This document shows positions 20,001 to 29,910 of a stretch of 64,000 nt of DNA, piece by piece. The notes under the pieces are model-generated. The model ran no database searches, was not told the origin of the DNA, and saw only the letters and a list, made by a program, of their open reading frames with translations. This DNA is from a virus. Its lineage: Duplodnaviria > Heunggongvirae > Uroviricota > Caudoviricetes. The position numbers and the translations under genes are program-made. Where the stretch lies: positions 21,525-85,524 of the IMG/VR virus record IMGVR_UViG_3300042561_002062. One strand, written 5' to 3'. Positions within the stretch are counted from its first letter, which is position 1. Each line of letters opens with the position of its first letter.

Positions 20001-20989
20001 GTATTCGGTCTAGATGGTTGCTGTTTGAGTTTAGGTAAAAGTGTTGAACTATTAAGATTTCTAAATCTAGAGATGTTAGGTGCAGTTGGTTTTGAAATTA
20101 TTTTAGATGGTTGAACTCCGGTAGTTGTGGGCCCAGGGGGTTTTGTTAAGTATTCACTACTTTCAAAAGTGCCACCACTATCTAAAATATTCTGTAAATC
20201 TTCTTTTGTAAAATCACCTAAATATCGAGCAGGGAGAGGTTTGTCCTGAACTACTGGACCCGATGAAGATTTTACAGGTCGGTATTCCCAGTGCCACCAC
20301 TCATCGGTTGATTTGAAATCTCTAAGAACACTCGGGTTTACCCATCCACATTTTGGAGCGTTTTCAAAAAACCATCTATATACTGGATGTTTAAAAGCCG
20401 AGGCAATCAAAGAACGATTTCTATTCATCGAAGGTGGAACCCCCCAATGTATATCAACGGCTAAACCCCAACCATGATTCGATCGGCCAGCTCTTGCTGC
20501 ATTTCTAGTTTTTTTTCTAAGTGCTACCTGTCTTTCTAGACTTCGATAGGCATCTGTAAAAAAAAGTGGTTGCTTACCATCAAACTTAGCTTCTTCATAT
20601 AACTTCATGAGTTTATCCAACGCCTTTGAAGCGTCGAGCATTAGATAGGGAGCATCCCCTCCTAGATCTTTTGAAAGATGTTCATTTTTGACCATTTTAT
20701 CAAGTGGAACTCTTCCATTTCTAAAGTTTCCTACTGTTAGTGTTTTTATGCCATTTTCATTGATAGTATCCAAAATATAGTTCACGGGTATCTTATCGTT
20801 TGTGTATTCTGGGATGCCTGTTACTGATCTCTTTTTCAATTTGAATTTTGGGGGAGAGATCTTCGTAAGTGGATTCTTTAGAGTGATATTTGGTTTGAGA
20901 CCACCGAGAGCTTTTGTCGGATCAAAAGAATTAACGAGATTTTGTATCATTCGGATTATTCTTTTTTTGTGTAGTTGACCAATTGTCAC
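19997..20989 (-). CDS. M15-family (VanY-like) peptidoglycan peptidase
   Basis: AYRSLERQ, SNHGWGLAVDI (SxHxxGxAxD), EWWHWEY. Confidence 0.85.
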   Translation of the reverse strand: MTIGQLHKKRIIRMIQNLVNSFDPTKALGGLKPNITLKNPLTKISPPKFKLKKRSVTGIPEYTNDKIPVNYILDTINENGIKTLTVGNFRNGRVPLDKMVKNEHLSKDLGGDAPYLMLDASKALDKLMKLYEEAKFDGKQPLFFTDAYRSLERQVALRKKTRNAARAGRSNHGWGLAVDIHWGVPPSMNRNRSLIASAFKHPVYRWFFENAPKCGWVNPSVLRDFKSTDEWWHWEYRPVKSSSGPVVQDKPLPARYLGDFTKEDLQNILDSGGTFESSEYLTKPPGPTTTGVQPSKIISKPTAPNISRFRNLNSSTLLPKLKQQPSRPNT

Positions 20990-21701
20990 CCTTCTGATCT
21001 AAACTTTCTCTTTGCTGCTCTTTTATCGTTCTATTTGTTGGAACTCTCACGTGGTTGGATAAAAACTTATCTAATCGTAATGCTTGATATTTTAATAATA
21101 CTTCAACAATATTTGGTAGAGGAACCACTGGACCAGCAGCGTTTGAATAGGGGCTAGACAAAAGTGCGTTAACCAAACTATCCATCCAATCCATAAAATC
21201 AGTTCCTAATACAACTTGTTGATCGGCATCAGGGCTTCCAAGATTGAGTTTAGCTAAGTTATCTCTAAGATTGACATTGATATTTCCATTTTTTGTAATA
21301 TTAATATTTGAGAATTCATGATCTATTTTAAGACCCTCTGACTCACTTCGATAGATTTGTGTTTTATCATCTAAAAAAAGAGCCTTGAATGTAGGATAAT
21401 CTGATTGCTTCAGACTTTTGAGTTTATTTTCTAGATTGATATTGAAGTGCTCGGCATAGATATATTCAGGTAAGTAGGGATTACCCTGATCGAATACAAC
21501 CGACACTATTTTACCCACATCTGGGGCTGAAAATTCATTACCATTCAGATCTTTCCAAGGTGTAGCCCAGGGTATATTTTCGGTAGCTATATTTTCAAAA
21601 TAGAGTGGTATTCTTACTTTAACTCGACCAAGTCTTTTGGGATCGTTGTTGTCTTCTACAACACCTAAAAAAATCTTATTTGATATCTCTGGATTATGCA
21701 T
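20931..21701 (-). CDS. Baseplate spike gp5-like protein (N-terminal OB fold)
   Basis: GVVEDNNDPKRLGRVKVRIP...PWA...PDVGKIVSVVFDQGNPYLP; TATAAATA upstream. Confidence 0.88.
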   Translation of the reverse strand: MHNPEISNKIFLGVVEDNNDPKRLGRVKVRIPLYFENIATENIPWATPWKDLNGNEFSAPDVGKIVSVVFDQGNPYLPEYIYAEHFNINLENKLKSLKQSDYPTFKALFLDDKTQIYRSESEGLKIDHEFSNINITKNGNINVNLRDNLAKLNLGSPDADQQVVLGTDFMDWMDSLVNALLSSPYSNAAGPVVPLPNIVEVLLKYQALRLDKFLSNHVRVPTNRTIKEQQRESLDQKGDNWSTTQKKNNPNDTKSR

Positions 21702-21717
21702 TTGTTTCCATATCTAT

Positions 21718-23994
21718 TTATAGAGATGTTCCCCTTTGTGAAGATGAAGAACTTGGTGTAAGATTTGAAACAAAAGGATTGACCCTTGTTGAAGAATTAG
21801 CTGATTGTGGTATTCTAGATGCTGGAATTTGGCGTGAATTTGTATTACCTAAAAAAGAACCTATTCTTCTTCTTACATAAATATTTCTTGGAGCTGTAAT
21901 TTGTGAAGCTCTTAGACGACTAATTGTTCTAGATGCAGTTGGTCGATAAATACTAGTTTTTCTGAAAGGACCTCCTTGTCTTTGCGGTAGAAAACCATTA
22001 TTCGCTTCTGAGGTATTGACTGGTCTTGAGAAAAATCTACCTAGACTTCTACCAACGAATCCTCGAACTGCATTTGAGAGTTCGTTTCGAAGTCGATTAC
22101 CAGGATTATAGACATTTCTGGGATTTTGAATAGTATTCAAAGAAATTTGAAGTTCTGATCTACTCAACCTTTCATTTATAGCTTTATTCACTAAATTGAA
22201 TCTTGATGATATTTCTCTGTTTATGGCATCTGCTCCTGCTCTTACAACATTACCAACTAAATTTCTTACCAATCCACCAACAAAACTATTAGCCAAGTTT
22301 CCTAAATTTGCTCTACCCAAAGGACTTCTATCTCGATCATTGAGTGGATACCCCGATTTTGGATACTTATCAATTTCTATAGTAGTTTGTATAGGATCCA
22401 AAAAAGATATACTCGAAAGTCTTCTAAGAGACTCTGGTGTTTGTTCAGTATTTTCAAAACTTTCATTTAGGGTATCTTGACTTGCGATCAAAGCTCTACC
22501 AGTATCAAGAGATCTAAGTCGTTTTGGATCTATAAATTCATCGTTGTATCTTGTCTTTGTGAAATAGGGATCTTTATTTCCATTGAAATTAAATTTATGA
22601 AACTCAGAGCTAACAAATTTATAGTTGAATGATATAGAAAAATTTGATACCGGAGTTAGTTGATCATTCATTCTAATCCCATTTCCATGAGTTAGTTTAT
22701 TGAATGAAAACTCACATTCATATAAGTTATATTCTTTTTTTGAAATTAAATCATTTAAAACTTTATACTGGTCATCTCTTAGTGGAATTCTCGGAGGAAC
22801 AACACGATTGTAGTTTCTAACCTCGGATATAATAATTCTACAATTGAATCTAAGTAGATTTTGTGGAATAATTCTTCTACCTTCTATTCTTGATCTTGAT
22901 AATGTATTATAAAGATACGAAAGATAGGATATATTCTGCTCAACATCTTCATTCATAAATAATTCTATTTTATCACTAGGAAAATTTGTGAATAGTTTTG
23001 GCCCCTCTGAACCTGTTTCTTCTCCTTTTACATGACCAAATTTATCTAAACCTGTTATTTGTGTAATATAATAATTTTTAATGGAATTATTGCTCTCTGT
23101 GTTTTGAAGAAAATTAACGTTTGTTTGAAAAAATTTCTTAAACTGAGCAACGAATTCTTCGTATATTTCTTTTCTTGAAGAAATCTCTGAAATACTATTA
23201 TCTCCTGAACCATATTTGTTTATGAAATCAAGTATAGAACCATTGAATAGTGGTGATGTTACCTCGTCTATTTCGATGTCAAATCCTAGAATTGTTGGAT
23301 CTTCATTTCCGGTTATAGTCTTTGTAAAACTTTGTAGAGGTATAACACCTTTTGGACTTTGAAGTCCAGCATGTGTTTCTAAATCATTATCACTTATTTT
23401 TTTGAATACATGATCTATCTCTAAAACTTTTGAATTTTCATTTAGACCGAAACTGAATTTTTTAGTTCTAGGATCTCTTCTACCAAGAATATCCTTTCGA
23501 TAATCGAGAGCATTTGGAATAGTAAGAAGATAGTTATCACCGAAACTTTCTGGTCTAAAAGCCATGGGTTGCTGGCCTCTAGTTATTTCTATTTCTGTAT
23601 TGATTCCGTATTTTTCGAAAGGTCTCCAAGTTTTGGATCTTTCACCATTTTTTTTATTCAAAAAAGCGTAAGGTGGTGTAAAACCAGGTGGGTGACTTTT
23701 GGATGAATATTTTGTATTTTCGTAAGGCCACTTTTTTACTGAAATAGCATCGATAGAATCACCACCAAATAGACGACCTCTGAAAAGATTGTTAAATGTT
23801 CTAACACCCTCTCCAACAACCTGCCCAGCGGATCCAGGATGACCTTTGCGCTCTCCACGACCAGTGAAAAGCCCACCAATAGTTCGAGCTAATCTCGAAT
23901 TGCCGAAGTTGATACCTACACGAGGTAGAATACCACGATTATTACCAAAAAGATTTAGAGAATTGGTGTTACGATTGAATTGAAATACCGGCAT
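21718..23994 (-). CDS. Hypothetical virion (tail/baseplate) protein
   Basis: 758 aa inside baseplate operon; R/N/G-rich termini. Confidence 0.55.
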   Translation of the reverse strand: MPVFQFNRNTNSLNLFGNNRGILPRVGINFGNSRLARTIGGLFTGRGERKGHPGSAGQVVGEGVRTFNNLFRGRLFGGDSIDAISVKKWPYENTKYSSKSHPPGFTPPYAFLNKKNGERSKTWRPFEKYGINTEIEITRGQQPMAFRPESFGDNYLLTIPNALDYRKDILGRRDPRTKKFSFGLNENSKVLEIDHVFKKISDNDLETHAGLQSPKGVIPLQSFTKTITGNEDPTILGFDIEIDEVTSPLFNGSILDFINKYGSGDNSISEISSRKEIYEEFVAQFKKFFQTNVNFLQNTESNNSIKNYYITQITGLDKFGHVKGEETGSEGPKLFTNFPSDKIELFMNEDVEQNISYLSYLYNTLSRSRIEGRRIIPQNLLRFNCRIIISEVRNYNRVVPPRIPLRDDQYKVLNDLISKKEYNLYECEFSFNKLTHGNGIRMNDQLTPVSNFSISFNYKFVSSEFHKFNFNGNKDPYFTKTRYNDEFIDPKRLRSLDTGRALIASQDTLNESFENTEQTPESLRRLSSISFLDPIQTTIEIDKYPKSGYPLNDRDRSPLGRANLGNLANSFVGGLVRNLVGNVVRAGADAINREISSRFNLVNKAINERLSRSELQISLNTIQNPRNVYNPGNRLRNELSNAVRGFVGRSLGRFFSRPVNTSEANNGFLPQRQGGPFRKTSIYRPTASRTISRLRASQITAPRNIYVRRRIGSFLGNTNSRQIPASRIPQSANSSTRVNPFVSNLTPSSSSSQRGTSL

Positions 23995-24040
23995 AGTTTT
24001 ATTACTATTATATATTTAGATTCTAATCATTCAGTTAAAA

Positions 24041-25360
24041 TTATCTACTTTCTAAATCTGATAAAGTAAGATCTCTTCTTGATAGATGAATTATTTGTAT
24101 CATTCTACCGGACGAGTATTCGAATTTTATATTTGTTATTAAATAATTACCAGTAAGTCTTTCGTTCAAAATACTATTGAAAGCGTCCGATGTTAAGTTT
24201 ATAAATACAACCTTTATTTTTTGAAATACATACAAAGAAAAATTTGGATTAGGTAGGTTAGCAATTACGGTAATTTTTTCTAATTCTTGTAGATTTCTAT
24301 TATTTAGAAAATCAGCGTAATTATAATTTGGATGCATATTATCAATATCTAATTTACCAATATATTCTTGAGTAAAATTACTCTTATAAAATTCTTTACC
24401 ACCAGGTCCAGGACTTTTAAGTGATACTAGATTTTTTTGATTGGTATTATCTGTTAGGGTATCTAATTCAAATATTAATTTTTCTTTCTTTTGATTATCG
24501 TAATAAAAAACGGTTTTAAGATACCCCTCTTGTATAGATATACTTGTTGAATTATTCAATATAGAAAAATCTTCGATGTATAGATTACTATGACTAATTG
24601 ATTTATCGGTAGTTAATTGTGCTGGTATTTTCAGAGGTGGTGATTTTTGATCAACAACAGCTTCTGGCAAAAAATTATCTTGAATTACTTCATCATTTGT
24701 AACATCTCGTAATAATTCTTTTTGAATATTAACATAATTTAAATTATAGTAATAATCAATATAATAAGAGCAAAAATCATTATCTGAAATATAACCATTG
24801 TTCGCAACATATTTAAGAAATTGATAGACTTTTCTACCATAATTCAACCAATTCATTCTATCGTTAGTAACATTGATGTTTGAGCTGAATCCTAGTCCTA
24901 GTTGTTTTGATACTTTTTTAAGAACATCGATAGATGAAGATTTAGGAAAAGATTCATAGTTTAACGTGTAAAGATCATCTATATCTATAGCACCTTTCAA
25001 TGTAAAAACCAATCCAGACTCTCTTTTTACGTTAATTATTTTAAATTGAATAAAAATAGTTCGAGATTCATCAGATCTACTATTGATAAAAACTTTAAGT
25101 TTTGTATTATCAATTGGAAATCCTCTCTGGCCGATAACACCGGTTGTATCGTTAAAAGTTATTTTAACTTGTGGTATGTTTTCCTTGAGAAATAATTGAA
25201 AATAAATTAGATCTTTTTGACCAATTTGAAGTTCGTTATAATATACCAGGGGAATATATCCTAAATGTTGAATAAATTCTTTTCGAACACCCCCATCTAC
25301 TGGAAAAGGTAGTTCGATTTCTTTTGGTCGATTGGTGCTTCTAAAAATATTTGTAAACAT
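24041..25360 (-). CDS. Baseplate hub-like protein (gp27/gp44-like)
   Basis: Position between gp53-like and gp5-like genes; C-terminal LTGNYLITNIKFEY typical of hub proteins. Confidence 0.6.
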   Translation of the reverse strand: MFTNIFRSTNRPKEIELPFPVDGGVRKEFIQHLGYIPLVYYNELQIGQKDLIYFQLFLKENIPQVKITFNDTTGVIGQRGFPIDNTKLKVFINSRSDESRTIFIQFKIINVKRESGLVFTLKGAIDIDDLYTLNYESFPKSSSIDVLKKVSKQLGLGFSSNINVTNDRMNWLNYGRKVYQFLKYVANNGYISDNDFCSYYIDYYYNLNYVNIQKELLRDVTNDEVIQDNFLPEAVVDQKSPPLKIPAQLTTDKSISHSNLYIEDFSILNNSTSISIQEGYLKTVFYYDNQKKEKLIFELDTLTDNTNQKNLVSLKSPGPGGKEFYKSNFTQEYIGKLDIDNMHPNYNYADFLNNRNLQELEKITVIANLPNPNFSLYVFQKIKVVFINLTSDAFNSILNERLTGNYLITNIKFEYSSGRMIQIIHLSRRDLTLSDLESR

Positions 25361-25362
25361 AT

Positions 25363-25818
25363 TTATTCTCTATTTCCTATTACAATTACACCATCACGAT
25401 CAACAACTTGTTGAACAGGTCTCGTATTAAAGGTTGGATTAGTTGATTTATTGAGATAATCAAGTCTATTGGAATCTGGTCTAGTTCCACGATTGAGATT
25501 TTGTAGAAATTCAATTCTTGTTCTATCATCAGCTGAAATTTTTAAACTATCTACCAGAGATATATCCACATATTTAATTCTATCACCTGATTTAATATTG
25601 AGAGGGTTATCAATGTTATTAAAATACATTAAAAAACCTACCTGATCTACATTATTATAAATAGAATTACAAACCAAATCGATTCTCATTTCTTCTGTTC
25701 TATCAACTATGTATTCAAAAAAAGGAACATCTGGACCGTAATCAAAAGTTCTCTGATCGAGATCATATTCATCTCCTGTTTTTTGTAAAATACTAAGATC
25801 GTAAATATTCATCTCCAA
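25363..25818 (-). CDS. Baseplate wedge gp53-like (LysM-type) protein
   Basis: EEMRIDLVCNSIY...LMYFNNIDNPLNIKSGDRIKY. Confidence 0.75.
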   Translation of the reverse strand: MEMNIYDLSILQKTGDEYDLDQRTFDYGPDVPFFEYIVDRTEEMRIDLVCNSIYNNVDQVGFLMYFNNIDNPLNIKSGDRIKYVDISLVDSLKISADDRTRIEFLQNLNRGTRPDSNRLDYLNKSTNPTFNTRPVQQVVDRDGVIVIGNRE

Positions 25819-26071
25819 CTAATATTTTTTTTCTACTAGGCCTAGAAGATACTGGTTGAACATATTCTCCTGTTTTCGGATAGAATATTCCATTTCTATA
25901 TATGCCTGTTGAGTTGAGTCTATTTTTTATTCCTGAAAGTTCTTGTTCGACCGAAGATTTATTTGAGTATATTTCTATAATTTCTTGCTGTCCGAAATTA
26001 TTTCTTACTACAATTCTAATATCATCAGGATTTGTTACTACCTCATAAAAATATACAACTTGAATTAGCAT
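25793..26071 (-). CDS. Hypothetical protein
   Basis: Short ORF filling gap in the baseplate operon. Confidence 0.45.
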   Translation of the reverse strand: MLIQVVYFYEVVTNPDDIRIVVRNNFGQQEIIEIYSNKSSVEQELSGIKNRLNSTGIYRNGIFYPKTGEYVQPVSSRPSRKKILVGDEYLRS

Positions 26072-26085
26072 AATCTGGATTTAAT

Positions 26086-27906
26086 TTATGGAATTATACC
26101 ACTCAAAAAATTAGGGACCGGAACTGGACTTGATGTTGTTGTTCTTGGTCTATTGATATTTGATGAGAGTATAAGATTTTTTTCCTCACGAAGATAGTCT
26201 GTATCTATGTTAAACTTATCTTCAGCTTGGCGTATCGGAGCGGGACTGAATTTTTTATATATTTCTTGAAGACCACAGGGTCTAGCATTTTTCAATTTAC
26301 AAGAAAATTTTATTGTAGTAGGTAGATTATTATATCCTAGTTCAGGACCTAGTGTTATTTTCATCGGGCCCTCGGGTACCAAATCACCAGAGGCAAAAAG
26401 AGGCCTCAGTGGATTTCCAATAGTTACATGATAAATACCGGATGGAGATCCCGTAAGGGCATTGATAATTCCTAAAAATTTTATTCTATATTTTTTTATT
26501 TGAGAACTTAAAAGCGCTTCGGTTCTTGTTGGAGAATTACCACCAACACCAGAACCTAGGGTGCCCAGAACAAAATCTTTTACGGTATCCGCGATTGATG
26601 CGGTTGTTTTTAAAAGACCACCTAAAAGGTCACCTAATTGCTGCATGACTGTAGTGAAATCTCCACTGGATAGGTTATCTATTATTTCCCTAGCTTTTTG
26701 ACTAAATCTTCCATCGAACTGAAATTGACTTTCAGAAGTTCCGAAACTCAGCAAATTTGAAATAATATCAAAATATATCAGAGTTGGATCAACTCCATCG
26801 ATATACTTGATTTCATACTCATTATTAATATCTATTGTAAAAGTATAATTAAGACCACTAAATTCTGCGCCCGATTCGAAAACTGGACGGGTCATACTTT
26901 TTCTAATAATGTTTGGATTTCCAGTTGGTAGGAGTTTAAGATTGTTCGGATCTGTAATCTTTATCTCCTTAAATAGATAATATTGTAACCATTCGGTAAA
27001 ACCAGGTAGAGTAAATATACCCGCGCCTGTCTCCAACATATTTTTTACTGCATCGCTTTTAAAATTCCAACTCTCAAGACCTTTACCGGTTGTACCTGCA
27101 AGATCGACGCTAGTAACGGGATTCCATACTTCATTAAAAGTGATATCAACAAAATTTTTCCCATCTTCTATCCAAGAAGGAACTACTGATAGAGGACTGT
27201 TTTTATAGGATAAAAGATCATCACCCACCCCAACTGGAAATCTTCTAGCTACTATCATTCTGTTTGAAGGATAAACACCTAATTTTTTAAGGTAAGCAAA
27301 ATCTGAATATTTCAATTTTATCGAATCTAAACTAAAACTTTGAGCACCACCAGTTCCTTTTTGCTCAACCATTTGGTTGATACGTCCAATAATAGCAGTA
27401 ATAGAGCTATATTGATCGATATAATTTGAATTATAATATTTTGTATCTGTACTTGTAATGTAATCTATCAAAGAAATCTTACCATCTTCATCTTCACCTT
27501 CACCGTGTCCCTTGTGCTTCTCTCTATTATAGTAGGCATAAAAGGTTCTTGGCATTTTATCATTATCGGTAAAAATTGTTCTTTTATCACCAAATGTTTG
27601 ATAACCTAAACCAAAATCAAGAGTTAATTTTTTTACAGTGTCACCAGGCTGTGTAGGTTCCTGTGCTCCTCCTGTGGGAGCTGTGAAGTTAGTTTTGCTG
27701 AAAACTTTTCTGTTTTTATCTACTGCCACACTCTCATCGACATCTTTGCTTGTGAAATTCTCATGTGGTTTTATAAATCTTGCATTACCACCACCACCAG
27801 TTGAGGGTTGTTGCGCACCACCACTATTTTGTGTTGAACTAGATGTATTCGCACCTCCAGAAAAAAAGGCAAGACCTAAAGGAGAAGAACCAAGTAATTT
27901 AGACAT
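26086..27906 (-). CDS. Hypothetical baseplate/tail-tube-associated protein
   Basis: 606 aa first gene of the baseplate operon; YHVTIGNPLRP...ELGYNNLPT. Confidence 0.55.
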   Translation of the reverse strand: MSKLLGSSPLGLAFFSGGANTSSSTQNSGGAQQPSTGGGGNARFIKPHENFTSKDVDESVAVDKNRKVFSKTNFTAPTGGAQEPTQPGDTVKKLTLDFGLGYQTFGDKRTIFTDNDKMPRTFYAYYNREKHKGHGEGEDEDGKISLIDYITSTDTKYYNSNYIDQYSSITAIIGRINQMVEQKGTGGAQSFSLDSIKLKYSDFAYLKKLGVYPSNRMIVARRFPVGVGDDLLSYKNSPLSVVPSWIEDGKNFVDITFNEVWNPVTSVDLAGTTGKGLESWNFKSDAVKNMLETGAGIFTLPGFTEWLQYYLFKEIKITDPNNLKLLPTGNPNIIRKSMTRPVFESGAEFSGLNYTFTIDINNEYEIKYIDGVDPTLIYFDIISNLLSFGTSESQFQFDGRFSQKAREIIDNLSSGDFTTVMQQLGDLLGGLLKTTASIADTVKDFVLGTLGSGVGGNSPTRTEALLSSQIKKYRIKFLGIINALTGSPSGIYHVTIGNPLRPLFASGDLVPEGPMKITLGPELGYNNLPTTIKFSCKLKNARPCGLQEIYKKFSPAPIRQAEDKFNIDTDYLREEKNLILSSNINRPRTTTSSPVPVPNFLSGIIP

Positions 27907-28005
27907 AACAGAAATATATATAAAACATACCTCTTTTCTAGGTTTCTAGAAGGAGCAACTACTTTTACTATAAATAACTTAAATAACAAATTTTTACACC
28001 ACTTG

Positions 28006-28401
28006 ATGAATTTCTTTTGTGTTTATACGAAAACTAGAAAAAAAATTGATAAATTTTTTAAAGTTAATAATATCAAAAACAAATATGTTATTGATATACC
28101 TAAACTTGTATCAGAAGAAGAGATTGAAAATTACGAAGACGAGAAAACATTCCTCAAAATATTAATCTTTCAGAAAGTTCAATCAGCTATTGAAAGAGGT
28201 AAAGATGTTTATTATATTCCTGATTTTGATAGAGAGTTTTCGATTGAAAAACTTTTCAATCTAAAAAAACTTCTAGGTTCTGAAAATAACTTTAATATCT
28301 TGATATTCTATAATGAGTTCAGAAGAGATCCCCAGATACTAGATGATATTCTCGAAAATCTTTCTAAATTCTCAAATTCACAAATAATCAAAGATTATTA
28401 G
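28006..28401 (+). CDS. Hypothetical protein
   Basis: ORF preceded by TATAAATA (27969-27976). Confidence 0.55.
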   Translation: MNFFCVYTKTRKKIDKFFKVNNIKNKYVIDIPKLVSEEEIENYEDEKTFLKILIFQKVQSAIERGKDVYYIPDFDREFSIEKLFNLKKLLGSENNFNILIFYNEFRRDPQILDDILENLSKFSNSQIIKDY

Positions 28402-28440
28402 GAAATATTTTTATATATACCTAAAAAAATAGGTTATTCA

Positions 28441-29910
28441 ATGAAAAAATTACGAAGATTAAACGAGGAATATGCAAGTCCTAAAATTCCAGTATCAGAA
28501 AGTTATTGGCTAAAAAGAGGAAAAATTGGAAAAGTCGTAGCTCTTTACACACACGACGATATGGATGGTATATTCTCAGCTATAGAAGTAAAGAAATATC
28601 TTTTAGATAAAGGATTTGAGATAAAAAAATACGGAATCCTAAATTATTCTGAAGGTTGGAGATATACTACACTCGATCCGGCGCTTATAAATATTGTTCT
28701 GGATTTTGCTAATATGCCTGGTGATGATAGAGATGATTTGATTGATTATTATCTAGATCACCATGGACTCTTTTCTGAAGAGCAGCTACAAAGATATAAA
28801 AAATCACCGGTTCAGAAAAAGAAAACTGGTTCAGCCTACGAGGCTATTTGTGATGCGCTAGGTGTTCGTAAAGATGAAATGATATTATCTGTTATTGATA
28901 TGATAGATTCGGCTAAATACCAAGATTATGGTATATCCTGGCAAAGACTACTAGACTATAATGTTCAAGATATGATAGCTTCTCCTAAAAGAAGACTTGA
29001 GTTTGCAGCTGCTTTTAATCAATTCTTGAAAAGATCCGATACCCAAACTCTTATTGAGGTTATTCATAATACAAAAGATTGCTCGATTTTTGGAATTTTC
29101 CAAATGATGAAAAGACTATACCCCGAAAATAATACTCACACTTCAGGCACTAGAAGAGGCCAAGGTAAAGATTTTGTTGAAGATTCTATTGAAAGACAAT
29201 CTATTATGAAGGGAAGAACCAGAGGATCGAGTAATATTAAAAAAGTTTATACAGATTATAGAGATTTTCGTAGAGATTGGGCCCCTGATGGAACCGTCAC
29301 TAGAATAGATGGTTACCAAGCTATTGGTAATCTAGTTTTTGTGCCATCAGGAACCTGGGCAAACACCCTGAAAGCTCGTTCAATCATTCAAAAAGATTCA
29401 ACAGAATCACGTTTTGATCTTGAAAATTACGCGCCGAAATTCATACTTATTCAATACGGTGCTACTCTTCAAGTTTGTGCCTACAACAAAATAGAAGAAA
29501 CCGAAGATTTACCCATTCTCAAATCCGGTCAAAAAGTAGATAATCTAGGAAAGTATATGACTGATCTATTGAAGAATTTCCAAAAAGTTTTAGGGTATTA
29601 TGACCCTGATACTTCAACAGGCCAAGATGAAATCACCGTATCAGGTGGTCACGGTGGTATTGGAACTATCTCAAATATTTTTGGCCGTTGTAAAAACGGT
29701 GGTCCATTTGACGGTATGAAATGGCTCGATTTATTTAAGAATAAAATAATCTCTGATCTATCGGGAGTTCCCTTTGATATGAACTTGATCTGGAGTGGTG
29801 AAGATTCTAAAAACCTTCGTGAGCCAGAGATGGATAACAAGGTAAGGAATATTGAAGACGTGAAAAGAGTATCACCAGAAGGTCGTATTTTACGTTACGG
29901 TGAATTTTAA
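28441..29910 (+). CDS. DHH-family phosphoesterase-like protein with leader
   Basis: HDDMDGIFSA, LDFA, LDHH motifs; starts MKKLRRLNEE. Confidence 0.75.
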   Translation: MKKLRRLNEEYASPKIPVSESYWLKRGKIGKVVALYTHDDMDGIFSAIEVKKYLLDKGFEIKKYGILNYSEGWRYTTLDPALINIVLDFANMPGDDRDDLIDYYLDHHGLFSEEQLQRYKKSPVQKKKTGSAYEAICDALGVRKDEMILSVIDMIDSAKYQDYGISWQRLLDYNVQDMIASPKRRLEFAAAFNQFLKRSDTQTLIEVIHNTKDCSIFGIFQMMKRLYPENNTHTSGTRRGQGKDFVEDSIERQSIMKGRTRGSSNIKKVYTDYRDFRRDWAPDGTVTRIDGYQAIGNLVFVPSGTWANTLKARSIIQKDSTESRFDLENYAPKFILIQYGATLQVCAYNKIEETEDLPILKSGQKVDNLGKYMTDLLKNFQKVLGYYDPDTSTGQDEITVSGGHGGIGTISNIFGRCKNGGPFDGMKWLDLFKNKIISDLSGVPFDMNLIWSGEDSKNLREPEMDNKVRNIEDVKRVSPEGRILRYGEF

